DNA from: an uncultured Rickettsiales bacterium
GTDB taxonomy: Bacteria > Myxococcota_A > UBA796 > UBA9615 > CAYRNR01
Direction: 5' to 3'
DNA: 64,000 nt
Assembly (NCBI GenBank): GCA_964493735.1
Contig: CAZBPN010000004.1
Location: forward strand, 4,109-68,108
Positions 8,136 through 16,428 of this stretch are shown here, one piece after another (position 1 is the first letter of the stretch; each line of letters opens with the position of its first letter). Under the pieces are notes generated by a model. It was not told the DNA's origin and did no database searches. It saw only the letters and a program-made list of their open reading frames with translations. The position numbers and the translations under genes are program-made.

Positions 8136-9044
8136 TCACGAGACCACGGCGAGCGGCGCCGGCGCGTCGGCGGCGGCGTGCTCGACCAGGAATCGACCCA
8201 TGTGGGAGGCGAACTCGGCGGGCCGTTCCTCCTGCCAGAAGTGGCCGCAGAACGGGATCAGCTCGAAGCCGACGGTGCCGGGGATCTCCTCGGCCAGCTT
8301 CGCCCCCCACGAGGGTGAGATGTAGCGGTCCTCGGCCCCCCAGAGCACCAGGGTAGGCCGGTCGAAGCGACGCAGCCCCTCCACCGCGGCCAGGGAGTAG
8401 CGCGCGTGGCCGGCACGGAGGAAGCGGACGAACCGCGCCCGCTCGGCGGTCGTGCCGTGCAAGGGGCGCAGGTACTCGCGGATCGCCTCGTCCGAGAACG
8501 CCGCAGGATCGTGGACGCCCCGTCGGAACGCGGACCAGCGCGAGCGTGTCTCCCGCCACAGGAAGGCGCCGCTCCGGACGAGCAACGAGGGCAGCAGCGG
8601 CACCTGCCAGAGGGCCTGGAGGCGCGCGATCTCGGGCACGGGCCAGTTGTCGTAGGCCACGCAGTTGGTCAGGACCAGGGCGGTCACCCGCTCGGGCCAG
8701 CGGGCCGCCAGCAGCTGGGCCGCCGCTCCCCCCTGGTCGTGGGCCACCACGGCGAAGCGCTCGTGACCCAGGGTGGTCATGAACTCCAGCAGCATCTCGG
8801 CCTGGGCGTCCATGTGCAGGGGGGTGCGCTCCGGATCCACGTCCGTGTCCCCGAGCCCCATCAGGTCCGGCGCGTAGCCGTGGACGTCGTTGCCCAGCAT
8901 CCGCAGCACGTGCCGCCACAGCCATCCCGACGTGGGGATCCCATGGACGAACAGAACGGGCGGTCGCGTGCGCGAGCCCGCCTCCAGGTAGGCGATCTCT
9001 CCATACGACGTGTGGAGGCGCTGCTTCGGCGCCGAGGGGGTCAT
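8136..9044 (-). CDS. alpha/beta hydrolase with an Asp nucleophile, of the epoxide hydrolase or haloalkane dehalogenase type
   Basis: The nucleophile elbow reads VVAHDQGG (HD-x-GG). The ATG at 9044 overlaps the upstream MerR stop codon (ATGA). The 720-aa track ORF is an N-terminally over-extended version of this gene. Confidence 0.8.
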   Translation of the reverse strand: MTPSAPKQRLHTSYGEIAYLEAGSRTRPPVLFVHGIPTSGWLWRHVLRMLGNDVHGYAPDLMGLGDTDVDPERTPLHMDAQAEMLLEFMTTLGHERFAVVAHDQGGAAAQLLAARWPERVTALVLTNCVAYDNWPVPEIARLQALWQVPLLPSLLVRSGAFLWRETRSRWSAFRRGVHDPAAFSDEAIREYLRPLHGTTAERARFVRFLRAGHARYSLAAVEGLRRFDRPTLVLWGAEDRYISPSWGAKLAEEIPGTVGFELIPFCGHFWQEERPAEFASHMGRFLVEHAAADAPAPLAVVS

Positions 9045-10546
9045 CCGGTCCCCCTCCCCGGGCCGTCCAGGAACGCCCGCTCGGCCAGCGCACTGGCCGG
9101 ATCCAGCTGGCAGATCAGCGAGCGGAGATCGGCCCGGTGCGCCCCGGCCGCCTCGTCCTCGTCCCCGCGCCCCAGCGCCTCGAACAGCAGCCAGGCGGCG
9201 TTGATCTGGTGCCGCTCGGCGAGCCCGGGCAGGCCGGGGGCCGAGGGCGGGTCGTCCTGCAACCGCGCCAGCTGCGCCCGGAGCGCCTGGAGGCCCCGCT
9301 CCCGCTCCCGGAACGCCTCGGGCAGGGCGGTGAGCAGCCACGCGGCCAGGTACCCCACGTGGGACGCGTCGGCCTGGGGATCCCAGCGGTCGAGGGTCGA
9401 GTCGGCCAGGGCCCGGATGGTCGCGGCGTCGGATGCACCCCCCTTGTTCCCCTCGGTGCTCCGGGTGTAGAGCGCCAGCGCCAGGTAGACCGACGCCTCC
9501 GCGGGGGCGCGATCCCGGTCGACCTGGTCCTGGAGCAACTCGATCCCGGGGCCGGTCTCGCCGGAGAGCACGAGCGCGATGCCGTGCAGCGCCAGCAGCT
9601 CCGCATCCCCCGGGACCGCCTCCAGCCCCTGCTCCAGGGTGAACGCCGCCTCGCGGTAGCTGCCCGCGTGCATGTGGAGCTGGGCGGCCTGGCGCCACTC
9701 GGCGGGATCGCCGTGGCGGTTCGCCAGTAGCTGGCGGTGCTCGTCCACCGCCGACTGCAGATCGAAGCGCGCGCGGAAGGCCGCGCTGGGCCGGTAGACG
9801 ACCGTGGCCAGCACCCCCGCGGGCGCCGCGCCCAGCTCGAGGCGCCCGTGCAGCGCCCGCTGCAGCAGGGACTGCAGCACGTTGTGGACGAAGCTCGACG
9901 TGATCTCCCGGCGCACGAAGGCCTGGCCCAGCAGCCGCTCCGGCGTGCCCGCCTGTTCCCAGTCCAGCTCGATGAACTCCCGGTGCTCCAGCTCGAAGCC
10001 GACCCGCACGTAGGAGGCCACCGTGCGGAACGAGGCGAAGGGGATGCCGAGCTGGGTGCCCTGGTCGCACAGGGCGGCCACGTGGGCGTCGTAGGAGGTG
10101 AAGCGCGGCGGTGTCGTGCCCTCCAGCGGGCGGATCACCTGCTGGCCGATCAGCTCCTCGAGGCGGCTCACGTCGACGCCGGCCTCCTCGGCCAGCTCGT
10201 CGGCGCTCAGGGTCCGGCCGAGCCCCAGGTCCGAGGACTCCGCGAATCGACTCAGCCGCTGGGCCAGCGATTCGATGTGGAACAGGGGCTGCAGCCACTC
10301 GGGATCGAACTCGTAGAGCTCGAAGATGCGGCGCACCGTGTCCAGGGGCAGGTGGAACTCGTCCCGCAGCTTGCGCACCAGGTGCAGCAGCCGCAGGTGC
10401 TGCTCGCCGTAGCGAGCGCGGGTCTCGCAGGGCGGGAGGATCCCCTGGCGCAGGTAGTGGTGGATGAGCTCCTTGGACACGCCGGTGCGTTCCACCAGCT
10501 CGCTGATCCGGAGGCCTTCGGGACGGACGGGGGTAGAGGTGCTCAC
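9041..10546 (-). CDS. MerR-family transcriptional regulator with a large C-terminal TPR-like domain
   Basis: The N-terminal MerR helix-turn-helix is LRISELVERTGVSKELIHHYLRQGIL. It is followed by about 350 aa that are helical and repeat-like. Confidence 0.8.
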   Translation of the reverse strand: MSTSTPVRPEGLRISELVERTGVSKELIHHYLRQGILPPCETRARYGEQHLRLLHLVRKLRDEFHLPLDTVRRIFELYEFDPEWLQPLFHIESLAQRLSRFAESSDLGLGRTLSADELAEEAGVDVSRLEELIGQQVIRPLEGTTPPRFTSYDAHVAALCDQGTQLGIPFASFRTVASYVRVGFELEHREFIELDWEQAGTPERLLGQAFVRREITSSFVHNVLQSLLQRALHGRLELGAAPAGVLATVVYRPSAAFRARFDLQSAVDEHRQLLANRHGDPAEWRQAAQLHMHAGSYREAAFTLEQGLEAVPGDAELLALHGIALVLSGETGPGIELLQDQVDRDRAPAEASVYLALALYTRSTEGNKGGASDAATIRALADSTLDRWDPQADASHVGYLAAWLLTALPEAFRERERGLQALRAQLARLQDDPPSAPGLPGLAERHQINAAWLLFEALGRGDEDEAAGAHRADLRSLICQLDPASALAERAFLDGPGRGTG

Positions 10547-10565
10547 GTCAACTCCTGATTTAATC

Positions 10566-10710
10566 TACTACACGAAATCGTGTAACCAATGCAACCCTAA
10601 TCGTCAGGGGAGTGATGAAACGGGCTGGGAGTGGGGAAAACGTCCAGGTTTCCGATGGTTGCGAATTGTTCATCATCGCGTTCATCGTTTTCGTGTAACG
10701 AGTTTACACT
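10566..10710. promoter_or_regulatory. divergent promoter or operator region between the MerR regulator and the secreted peptidase genes, with lower GC and repeated TCGTGTAAC motifs
   Basis: An inverted repeat tacacgaAAtcgtgta lies at about 10569-10584. A second cgtgtaac copy lies within tgtaacgagtttaca at about 10690-10706. The region is markedly AT-richer than the flanking sequence. Confidence 0.3.
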
Positions 10711-10759
10711 AGGTTTCGACGCGGGGTGCAGACGATCTGCCCCTGGAGCGGGAGGAACG

Positions 10760-12004
10760 ATGAGGAACGTCGCCCGAACCTTCCTGAGCATCCTGGTGAT
10801 GGGGGCCCTGGTGGGCTGCTTTGCCGAGGCCCCGAAGGATCCGCCGGGGCCCCAGGCCGAGGACGACATGTCCGCCCGCAACGGCGGCCCGTCGGTGCGT
10901 CTGATGCACCCCCAGAACGGGCAGGCCGTGCCCAACCCGGTCTCCTTCGCCATCGACACCACCGCCGGGATCCACAAGGTCGTCTTGGACGCGGACGGCT
11001 GGGTCCTCGACGAGTGGGATCCCCACCACTACACGATCGTGGATTACACCTTCCAGGGCGTGAACACGCCGCGGGTGATCACCCTCACCGGGTTCGACGC
11101 CCACGGCACCCCGAAGGACACCGACAGCGTCGTTATCACGGTCTACAACGATGACGGCGGTGGCGGCTCCACCCCCGGGGGCACCGACGTCCGCATCACC
11201 GCCCCGGGCGACGGGGCCGACGTCCACAACCCCGTCACCTTCGACACCAGCTCCAACGGGATCCACGCGCTCAAGCTGTTCGCGGACGGCTACGACATCA
11301 GCGACTTCTGGAAGCCCGAGTGGGGCAGCACCCATACCTACGAGTTCTCCCAGGGCGGCACCCGGGAGATCGAGCTGGTCGGCTACGACAGCGGCTGGAA
11401 CCGGGTCGCCAAGGACGTCATCACCATCCACGTCGACGGGGCCAGCAACCCGGGCAACGACAACAACAACAACAACGGCAACAACAACAACGGGGGCAAC
11501 AACAACGGCTCGCTCAACGTCCCGTACTACTACCAGTACAGCAACGCGTACGAGCCGAGCGCCACCTGCGGGCTGACGTCGGCGGCCATGCTGCTGAGCT
11601 ACATGAAGGGCACCAGCGTCGACCCCGACACCCTCTACCTGAACTACGGCAAGGCCCAGGGGCAGTCGCCGGGTTCCCTCGCGCAGCTGTACAGCTGGGA
11701 GGGCCTGTACGCGGACTCCACCTACGGCGGCACCCGTTCCATGATCAAGAACCAGCTGGACGCTGGCCGGCCCGTGCTGGTGCACACCTTCCTCACCGGC
11801 GCGGGCCACATCATCTGCATCGTCGGCTACGACGGTAGCGGCTGGATCGTCAACGATCCGGCCGGCGACTGGTACCAGTGCTACGGCTGCGGCGCCTACG
11901 GCGACCACGTGCACTATCCCTACGGCGGCGGCGCCGACGATGCCTTCAGCCACGACGGGGACATCTGGATGTCCTCGGCGGACACGTCCTCGTTCGGCTT
12001 CTAG
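10760..12004 (+). CDS. secreted lipoprotein with two tandem N-terminal repeat modules of about 75 aa, a poly-Asn linker and a C39-like (papain-fold) cysteine peptidase domain
   Basis: The ATG at 10760 has a GGAGG ribosome-binding site and starts a signal peptide with lipobox LVGC. The two repeat modules read PNPVSFAIDTTAGIHKVVLDADGWVLDEW and HNPVTFDTSSNGIHALKLFADGYDISDFW. They are followed by NNNNNGNNNNGGNNNG. The catalytic Cys (SATCGLTSAAML) and His (GHIICIVGYD) are present. Confidence 0.7.
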   Translation: MRNVARTFLSILVMGALVGCFAEAPKDPPGPQAEDDMSARNGGPSVRLMHPQNGQAVPNPVSFAIDTTAGIHKVVLDADGWVLDEWDPHHYTIVDYTFQGVNTPRVITLTGFDAHGTPKDTDSVVITVYNDDGGGGSTPGGTDVRITAPGDGADVHNPVTFDTSSNGIHALKLFADGYDISDFWKPEWGSTHTYEFSQGGTREIELVGYDSGWNRVAKDVITIHVDGASNPGNDNNNNNGNNNNGGNNNGSLNVPYYYQYSNAYEPSATCGLTSAAMLLSYMKGTSVDPDTLYLNYGKAQGQSPGSLAQLYSWEGLYADSTYGGTRSMIKNQLDAGRPVLVHTFLTGAGHIICIVGYDGSGWIVNDPAGDWYQCYGCGAYGDHVHYPYGGGADDAFSHDGDIWMSSADTSSFGF

Positions 12005-12032
12005 CCGGACGACGGGCAGGAGGAACCTGACC

Positions 12033-13055
12033 ATGCATGCCATCCGACGCCTTCTGGGCGTGTGCGCACTCTGGACGATCCTGGCGGTCGCGGGCTGCTA
12101 CGCCCCCTACGGGGGTGGCGAGGAGCGGGAGCCCGGCGGCGGCCTGGACGGGGTGGCCCGGGACGGCTGGGGCGTCCCCGCCGTGGCCATCGTCTCCCCC
12201 TCGGACGGGTCCCGGGTCACCAACCCCGTCCTCTTCCGGATCGAGGCCACCGGCGTGGCCCGTGTCGCCCTCGACGCGGACGGCTGGGGGCTGGGTGATG
12301 CCTGGGATCCCGACCACCACCCCGAGGTGTCGTACTCCTTCAACGGGGTGGGGTTCGATCGCGTGATCACCCTCCGGGGTATCGACGAGTGGGGGGTCGA
12401 GGTCGCGAGCGACACCATCACGATCCTGGTGGAGGACGAGAGCACGCCCCCCGACGACGGCGGTGGTGATCCCCCCGACGGCGGTGATCCGGAGTGTCCG
12501 TGGTTCGAGTCGTCCATGCAGGAGTACGCCCCGGTGCAGATCGCGGCGGCGGGCCTGCCCTACGGCGCCAACCAGCTGGCCTGGTCGATGCCCTCCGCCT
12601 ATACGGTCCGCGTGCCCTTCTCCGGTCACCCCGGGTACTCGGCCAACCACGAGGGCATCGACCTGATCCACGACGACCCGGGCGTGCCGGACGTGGGCGT
12701 GCATGCGGCCGCGGACGGGGTGGTGGCCTACGTGCGGATCGGGTGCGCCGAGACCTCCCTGTTCAGCCCCAACGGACAGGCCCGCGAGTGCGGCTCGGGA
12801 TGGGGCAACCACGTGGTGATCCACCACGGCGACGGCGTGTACACCCGCTACGCTCACCTGCGGCCGGGCTACACCATCGTCGACGTGGGCTGGACCGTCA
12901 CCCGCGGCCAGCGACTGGGCGCCATGGGCAACTCCGGTCGCAGCGAGACGCGCCACCTGCACCTCGAGCTGGGCACCTCTGGCGGCTTCGATCCCTGCGC
13001 TCCGGCCCAGTCCCTCGATGCGGTCCACGACCCGGATCTGCTGCCCGGATTCTGA
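12033..13055 (+). CDS. secreted lipoprotein carrying the same N-terminal repeat module plus an M23 (LytM) metallopeptidase domain
   Basis: The ATG at 12033 has a GCAGGAGG ribosome-binding site and lipobox AGC. The shared module reads TNPVLFRIEATGVARVALDADGWGLGDAWDP. M23 motifs are HEGIDL (HxxxD) and ETRHLHLE (HxH). Confidence 0.8.
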   Translation: MHAIRRLLGVCALWTILAVAGCYAPYGGGEEREPGGGLDGVARDGWGVPAVAIVSPSDGSRVTNPVLFRIEATGVARVALDADGWGLGDAWDPDHHPEVSYSFNGVGFDRVITLRGIDEWGVEVASDTITILVEDESTPPDDGGGDPPDGGDPECPWFESSMQEYAPVQIAAAGLPYGANQLAWSMPSAYTVRVPFSGHPGYSANHEGIDLIHDDPGVPDVGVHAAADGVVAYVRIGCAETSLFSPNGQARECGSGWGNHVVIHHGDGVYTRYAHLRPGYTIVDVGWTVTRGQRLGAMGNSGRSETRHLHLELGTSGGFDPCAPAQSLDAVHDPDLLPGF

Positions 13056-13121
13056 GCCCGACGCCCTGGTAAAACGCGCCTAACCTTGTCTAGTGGCCCC
13101 TCGCCCGGGCACACTGTTGTG

Positions 13122-14207
13122 ATGGGCGAGAGCGGGGCTGCGGCCGAGGGCAACCAGGAGGCGAGCCAGGCGGAGCTGGCGGCGCGTTGGCGGGCGAGCG
13201 TCGACGGCGGGGGGACCCGCCGCGATGCGGCGCTGGCCGCGCTGCGGGGCGGCGGCCCGGCCGCCGAGCGGCCCCGGGATCTGCGGGGGATCGACCTGCT
13301 CCGCGAGGACCTGTCCGGCCTCGACCTGTCCCGCTGTGACCTGACCGGCGCTCACCTGGCCGAGGCGGACCTCTCCGGCGCCAATCTCTCCTTCTGCACC
13401 CTGGCGGACGCGGTCCTGTTCGAGGCCAACCTGGACGACGCGGAGTTGTTGAGCGCGGACCTCTCCGGCTCCGACCTGAACGGGTGCAAGGCGTCGCGGG
13501 CGGGCTTCGGCGGCGCCAACCTGACCCGGTCGACCCTGGTCAGCGCGACCCTCGAGGATGCCTCGCTGAGCAACGCGACCCTGGTGGACGCGGACTTCCG
13601 CGGCGCGTCGATGGCCGGTGCCCGGATGCGCACCTCGGACCTCTCCGGCGCCAACTTCGCCAAGGCGGACGTGCGGCGCGCGGACCTGCAGGAGAGCGAG
13701 CTGCGGGGCGCGGACTTCACCGACACCGACCTGCGTTCCGCCCACCTCAAGCGGGTGACCGGCTTCGAGCACGCCGGGTGGATCGGCACCGACGTGAGGG
13801 ACGTGGACTTCTGTGGTGCCTACCTGGTCCGGCGCCACATCATGGACGAGAACTACCTGGACGAGTTCCGGCGCCGCGACCGCCTGTCCGGGGTGCTGTT
13901 CCGCATCTGGTCGATCACCTCGGACTGTGGCCGTAGCTTCTATCGCTGGGCGCTGTGGACCGTGCTGGTGGCCGTGCTGTACGGCCTGGCGTACACGCGG
14001 GTCGACCTGGACTACGGCGACCACCCGACCTTCCTGTCCGCCATGTACTTCAGCGTGGTGACCCTGACCACCCTGGGCTACGGCGACGTGCTGCCCGCGT
14101 CGTCCGCGGCCCAGGTGCTGGCGGTGTCCGAGGTCGTCCTGGGCTACGTGGCCCTCGGCGGCCTGCTCAGCATCTTCGCGTCCAAGATGTCCCGACGGGC
14201 GGAGTGA
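13122..14207 (+). CDS. pentapeptide-repeat protein fused to a two-transmembrane potassium-channel pore domain
   Basis: About 200 aa of A(D/N)LxG-type pentapeptide repeats are followed by TM1, a pore helix with the selectivity filter TTLGYGD, and TM2. The start is either the ATG at 13122 or the TTG at 13086. Confidence 0.75.
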   Translation: MGESGAAAEGNQEASQAELAARWRASVDGGGTRRDAALAALRGGGPAAERPRDLRGIDLLREDLSGLDLSRCDLTGAHLAEADLSGANLSFCTLADAVLFEANLDDAELLSADLSGSDLNGCKASRAGFGGANLTRSTLVSATLEDASLSNATLVDADFRGASMAGARMRTSDLSGANFAKADVRRADLQESELRGADFTDTDLRSAHLKRVTGFEHAGWIGTDVRDVDFCGAYLVRRHIMDENYLDEFRRRDRLSGVLFRIWSITSDCGRSFYRWALWTVLVAVLYGLAYTRVDLDYGDHPTFLSAMYFSVVTLTTLGYGDVLPASSAAQVLAVSEVVLGYVALGGLLSIFASKMSRRAE

Positions 14208-14218
14208 GAGGGGGACCC

Positions 14219-15079
14219 GTGTTCAAGTTCCTGGCCCGCAAGAAGAAGGACCCCCGGGCCGAGCTGCGCAAGGTGCTCGGCGACCACGACCTGCCGGTGT
14301 TCTCCGGGGTGGTGATGCAGACCCTGGAGCGCATGCGGGATCCGCGCTCGTCGCCGGCCCAGATCGCCGCGGTGATGGCCGCGGACCCGGGCCTGTCCGT
14401 GCGCGTGCTCAAGTCCGTCAACACGGCGGCGTACTCGCTGCGCCGCAAGATCACCTCCCTGGACCAGGCCATCGGCCTGCTGGGGCTGGCCACGGTGGAG
14501 TCGCTGGTCCTCGCGGTGGCGGTCAAGGACTCCCTCCCCACGGCGCCGGCGCAGGGCTACGACGCAACCCGGTTCTGGAGGGCAGCGGCGCGGCGGGCCA
14601 CCACGGCCCGCGCCATCGCCGCCCGGTTCCATCCGGCGCAGGCTGCCGAGAGCTTCACGGCCGCGTTGCTCCAGGACATGGCCATCCCGGTGCTGGCGAG
14701 CGACGAGATCGGCTCCTACGGCGCCCTGCTCGAGCACTGGCACAACTCCGATGACGATCTGGCGGTCCTCGAGCACGCGGAGTTCGGCTGGAACCACCCG
14801 GAGGTGGCCACCTGGATGTGCGACGAGTGGGTCCTGCCCGAGGCCCTGGCCTCGTCCATCGGCGCCCACCACGGCGTGGTCGGCGAGGGGACCGAGGGGC
14901 TGGTCTGCCCGCCGGCGGTGACCCTGGTCTCCCACCTCCGCGAACCCGAGGATCGTGACGGCTCCGACCGGCTGGTCGAGGCGGTCCACGACGAGTTCGG
15001 CGTCGCGACCGACGAGGTGGTCGTCCTGGTCGAGGAGAGCTTCGACAACGCGGAGGAACTCGCGGCGCTCTTCGTCTGA
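14219..15079 (+). CDS. HDOD (HD-related output domain) signalling protein
   Basis: A GTG start lies 12 nt after the channel gene stop, with a GAGGGGG ribosome-binding site. The HDOD-like segment reads VVMQTLERMRDPRSSPAQIAAVMAADPGLSVRVLKSVNTAAYSL. Confidence 0.7.
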   Translation: MFKFLARKKKDPRAELRKVLGDHDLPVFSGVVMQTLERMRDPRSSPAQIAAVMAADPGLSVRVLKSVNTAAYSLRRKITSLDQAIGLLGLATVESLVLAVAVKDSLPTAPAQGYDATRFWRAAARRATTARAIAARFHPAQAAESFTAALLQDMAIPVLASDEIGSYGALLEHWHNSDDDLAVLEHAEFGWNHPEVATWMCDEWVLPEALASSIGAHHGVVGEGTEGLVCPPAVTLVSHLREPEDRDGSDRLVEAVHDEFGVATDEVVVLVEESFDNAEELAALFV

Positions 15080-15094
15080 GCCCGCAGGGCGAGA

Positions 15095-16354
15095 TCAGCC
15101 CTGGAGCCGACGCCGGCGCAGGCCGATCAAGATCAGCGGGGCGGCGAGCCCCACCCGGGCCCACGGACGCGCCGCGTGGGGCTCGGAACCGCAGGAGCAA
15201 CCGTCCTGCCCTCCGCCGGGCGGACCGGGCGGATCGCCGCCCGTGTCGTCATCCCCCGTCGCGTCGTCGTCGTCATCCCCGGCCGTCGCGTCGTCGTCAT
15301 CATCGTCGCCTGTGGCGTCGTCGTCCCCGGTGGCGTCGTCGTCGTCATCGTCGCCGGTGGCGTCGTCATCGTCCCCCGGCGGCGAGTAGCTGAACCGCAT
15401 CGCGTCGTACCCGATCTTGCGGCCGAGGGTCTCGTAGTCCTCACCGGTGTTGTCGCCCAGGTGGACGTACTGCTCGGACGAGCCGTCGAAGCGGAACGTG
15501 CCCAGGGTCTGCCAGCCCTTGTCCTCGGACTGGTTCACCGTGGCGGGGCTGACACCGTCGGCGTGGTGGATCTGGTAGGTGGCGTGGTGGGAATCGGCCT
15601 CGGTGTCGGGGATGTGGGCGTCCACCCGGTAGTCGCCGGCCACGGTCACCTCGAAGAGCCACTCCCCGGTGGTCTCCTCGACCGGCTCGTCGGTGGCGTA
15701 GGTGTAGTAGTGGTGTCCGTCGTGGCCCTCGGCCACGTCCCACCACCACTGGCTGACCCGCCGGAAGCAGCTGCCGTCGCTCTCGCTGACCACCGTCTCG
15801 TCGCCGTCCAGGGTGGCCTCGCACCCGCAGCCGGATCCGCAGTTGTCCGACGTCACCGAGGTCGGGTAGAGGGGGTCGCCCACGTCCAGGAACTCCGCGT
15901 GGATCGACTGGCACCACCAGGAGTTGCACAGCTCCTGGATCTGGTAGTGCAGGTGGGCTCCACAGACCCAGCCGGTCAGCCCCACCCGCCCGACCACGTC
16001 GCCAGCACAGACGTCGTCCCCCACCTGGAGGGAGGACGACCAGGTGTCCAGGTGCAGATAGAGTGCCGCGCTCCCGTCGCCGTGGTCGACGACCACGTAG
16101 TTGGCGTCGTTGGCGTAGGCCGCGTCGCAGCCGCCCGTGGTGGAGTCCATCCGGATCTCGTCGACCACCCCCGGCGCCGACGCCCAGACCTCCTCGCCGA
16201 CCCCCATCCCGAAGTCCCAGGCCCAGGCCCCCATGCCCGTGTGACTGCCGCCGTTGTGGTCCTGGGTGATCTGGAAGGTCGCGCCACAGCTCCACGGCAG
16301 CTCCAGCGGAGGGGTGGAGAGCACCACCAGGGTGAGGAGCGCGGGGAGCTGCAT
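15095..16354 (-). CDS. secreted M23 metallopeptidase with a D-rich (DDDATG)n region and a MYXO-CTERM sorting signal
   Basis: M23 motifs present include HTGMGAWAWDF and HGDGSAALYLHL. A C-terminal D-rich repeat is followed by GCSCGS, a hydrophobic stretch (LAAPLILIGL) and RRRRLQG, which matches the MYXO-CTERM sorting signal. Confidence 0.75.
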   Translation of the reverse strand: MQLPALLTLVVLSTPPLELPWSCGATFQITQDHNGGSHTGMGAWAWDFGMGVGEEVWASAPGVVDEIRMDSTTGGCDAAYANDANYVVVDHGDGSAALYLHLDTWSSSLQVGDDVCAGDVVGRVGLTGWVCGAHLHYQIQELCNSWWCQSIHAEFLDVGDPLYPTSVTSDNCGSGCGCEATLDGDETVVSESDGSCFRRVSQWWWDVAEGHDGHHYYTYATDEPVEETTGEWLFEVTVAGDYRVDAHIPDTEADSHHATYQIHHADGVSPATVNQSEDKGWQTLGTFRFDGSSEQYVHLGDNTGEDYETLGRKIGYDAMRFSYSPPGDDDDATGDDDDDDATGDDDATGDDDDDDATAGDDDDDATGDDDTGGDPPGPPGGGQDGCSCGSEPHAARPWARVGLAAPLILIGLRRRRLQG

Positions 16355-16428
16355 GGATCCTCCTTCCCGTGGGGGGCTTGACCTTCCATCATATCGTCCG
16401 CAGCGGATCCACCGGCAGGGAGGTGACG

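Noticed and set aside
8136-10298. 720-aa version of the alpha/beta hydrolase ORF
   Set aside because: The N-terminal 420 aa are an out-of-frame read-through across the MerR gene. The real start is the ATG at 9044, which overlaps the MerR stop codon.
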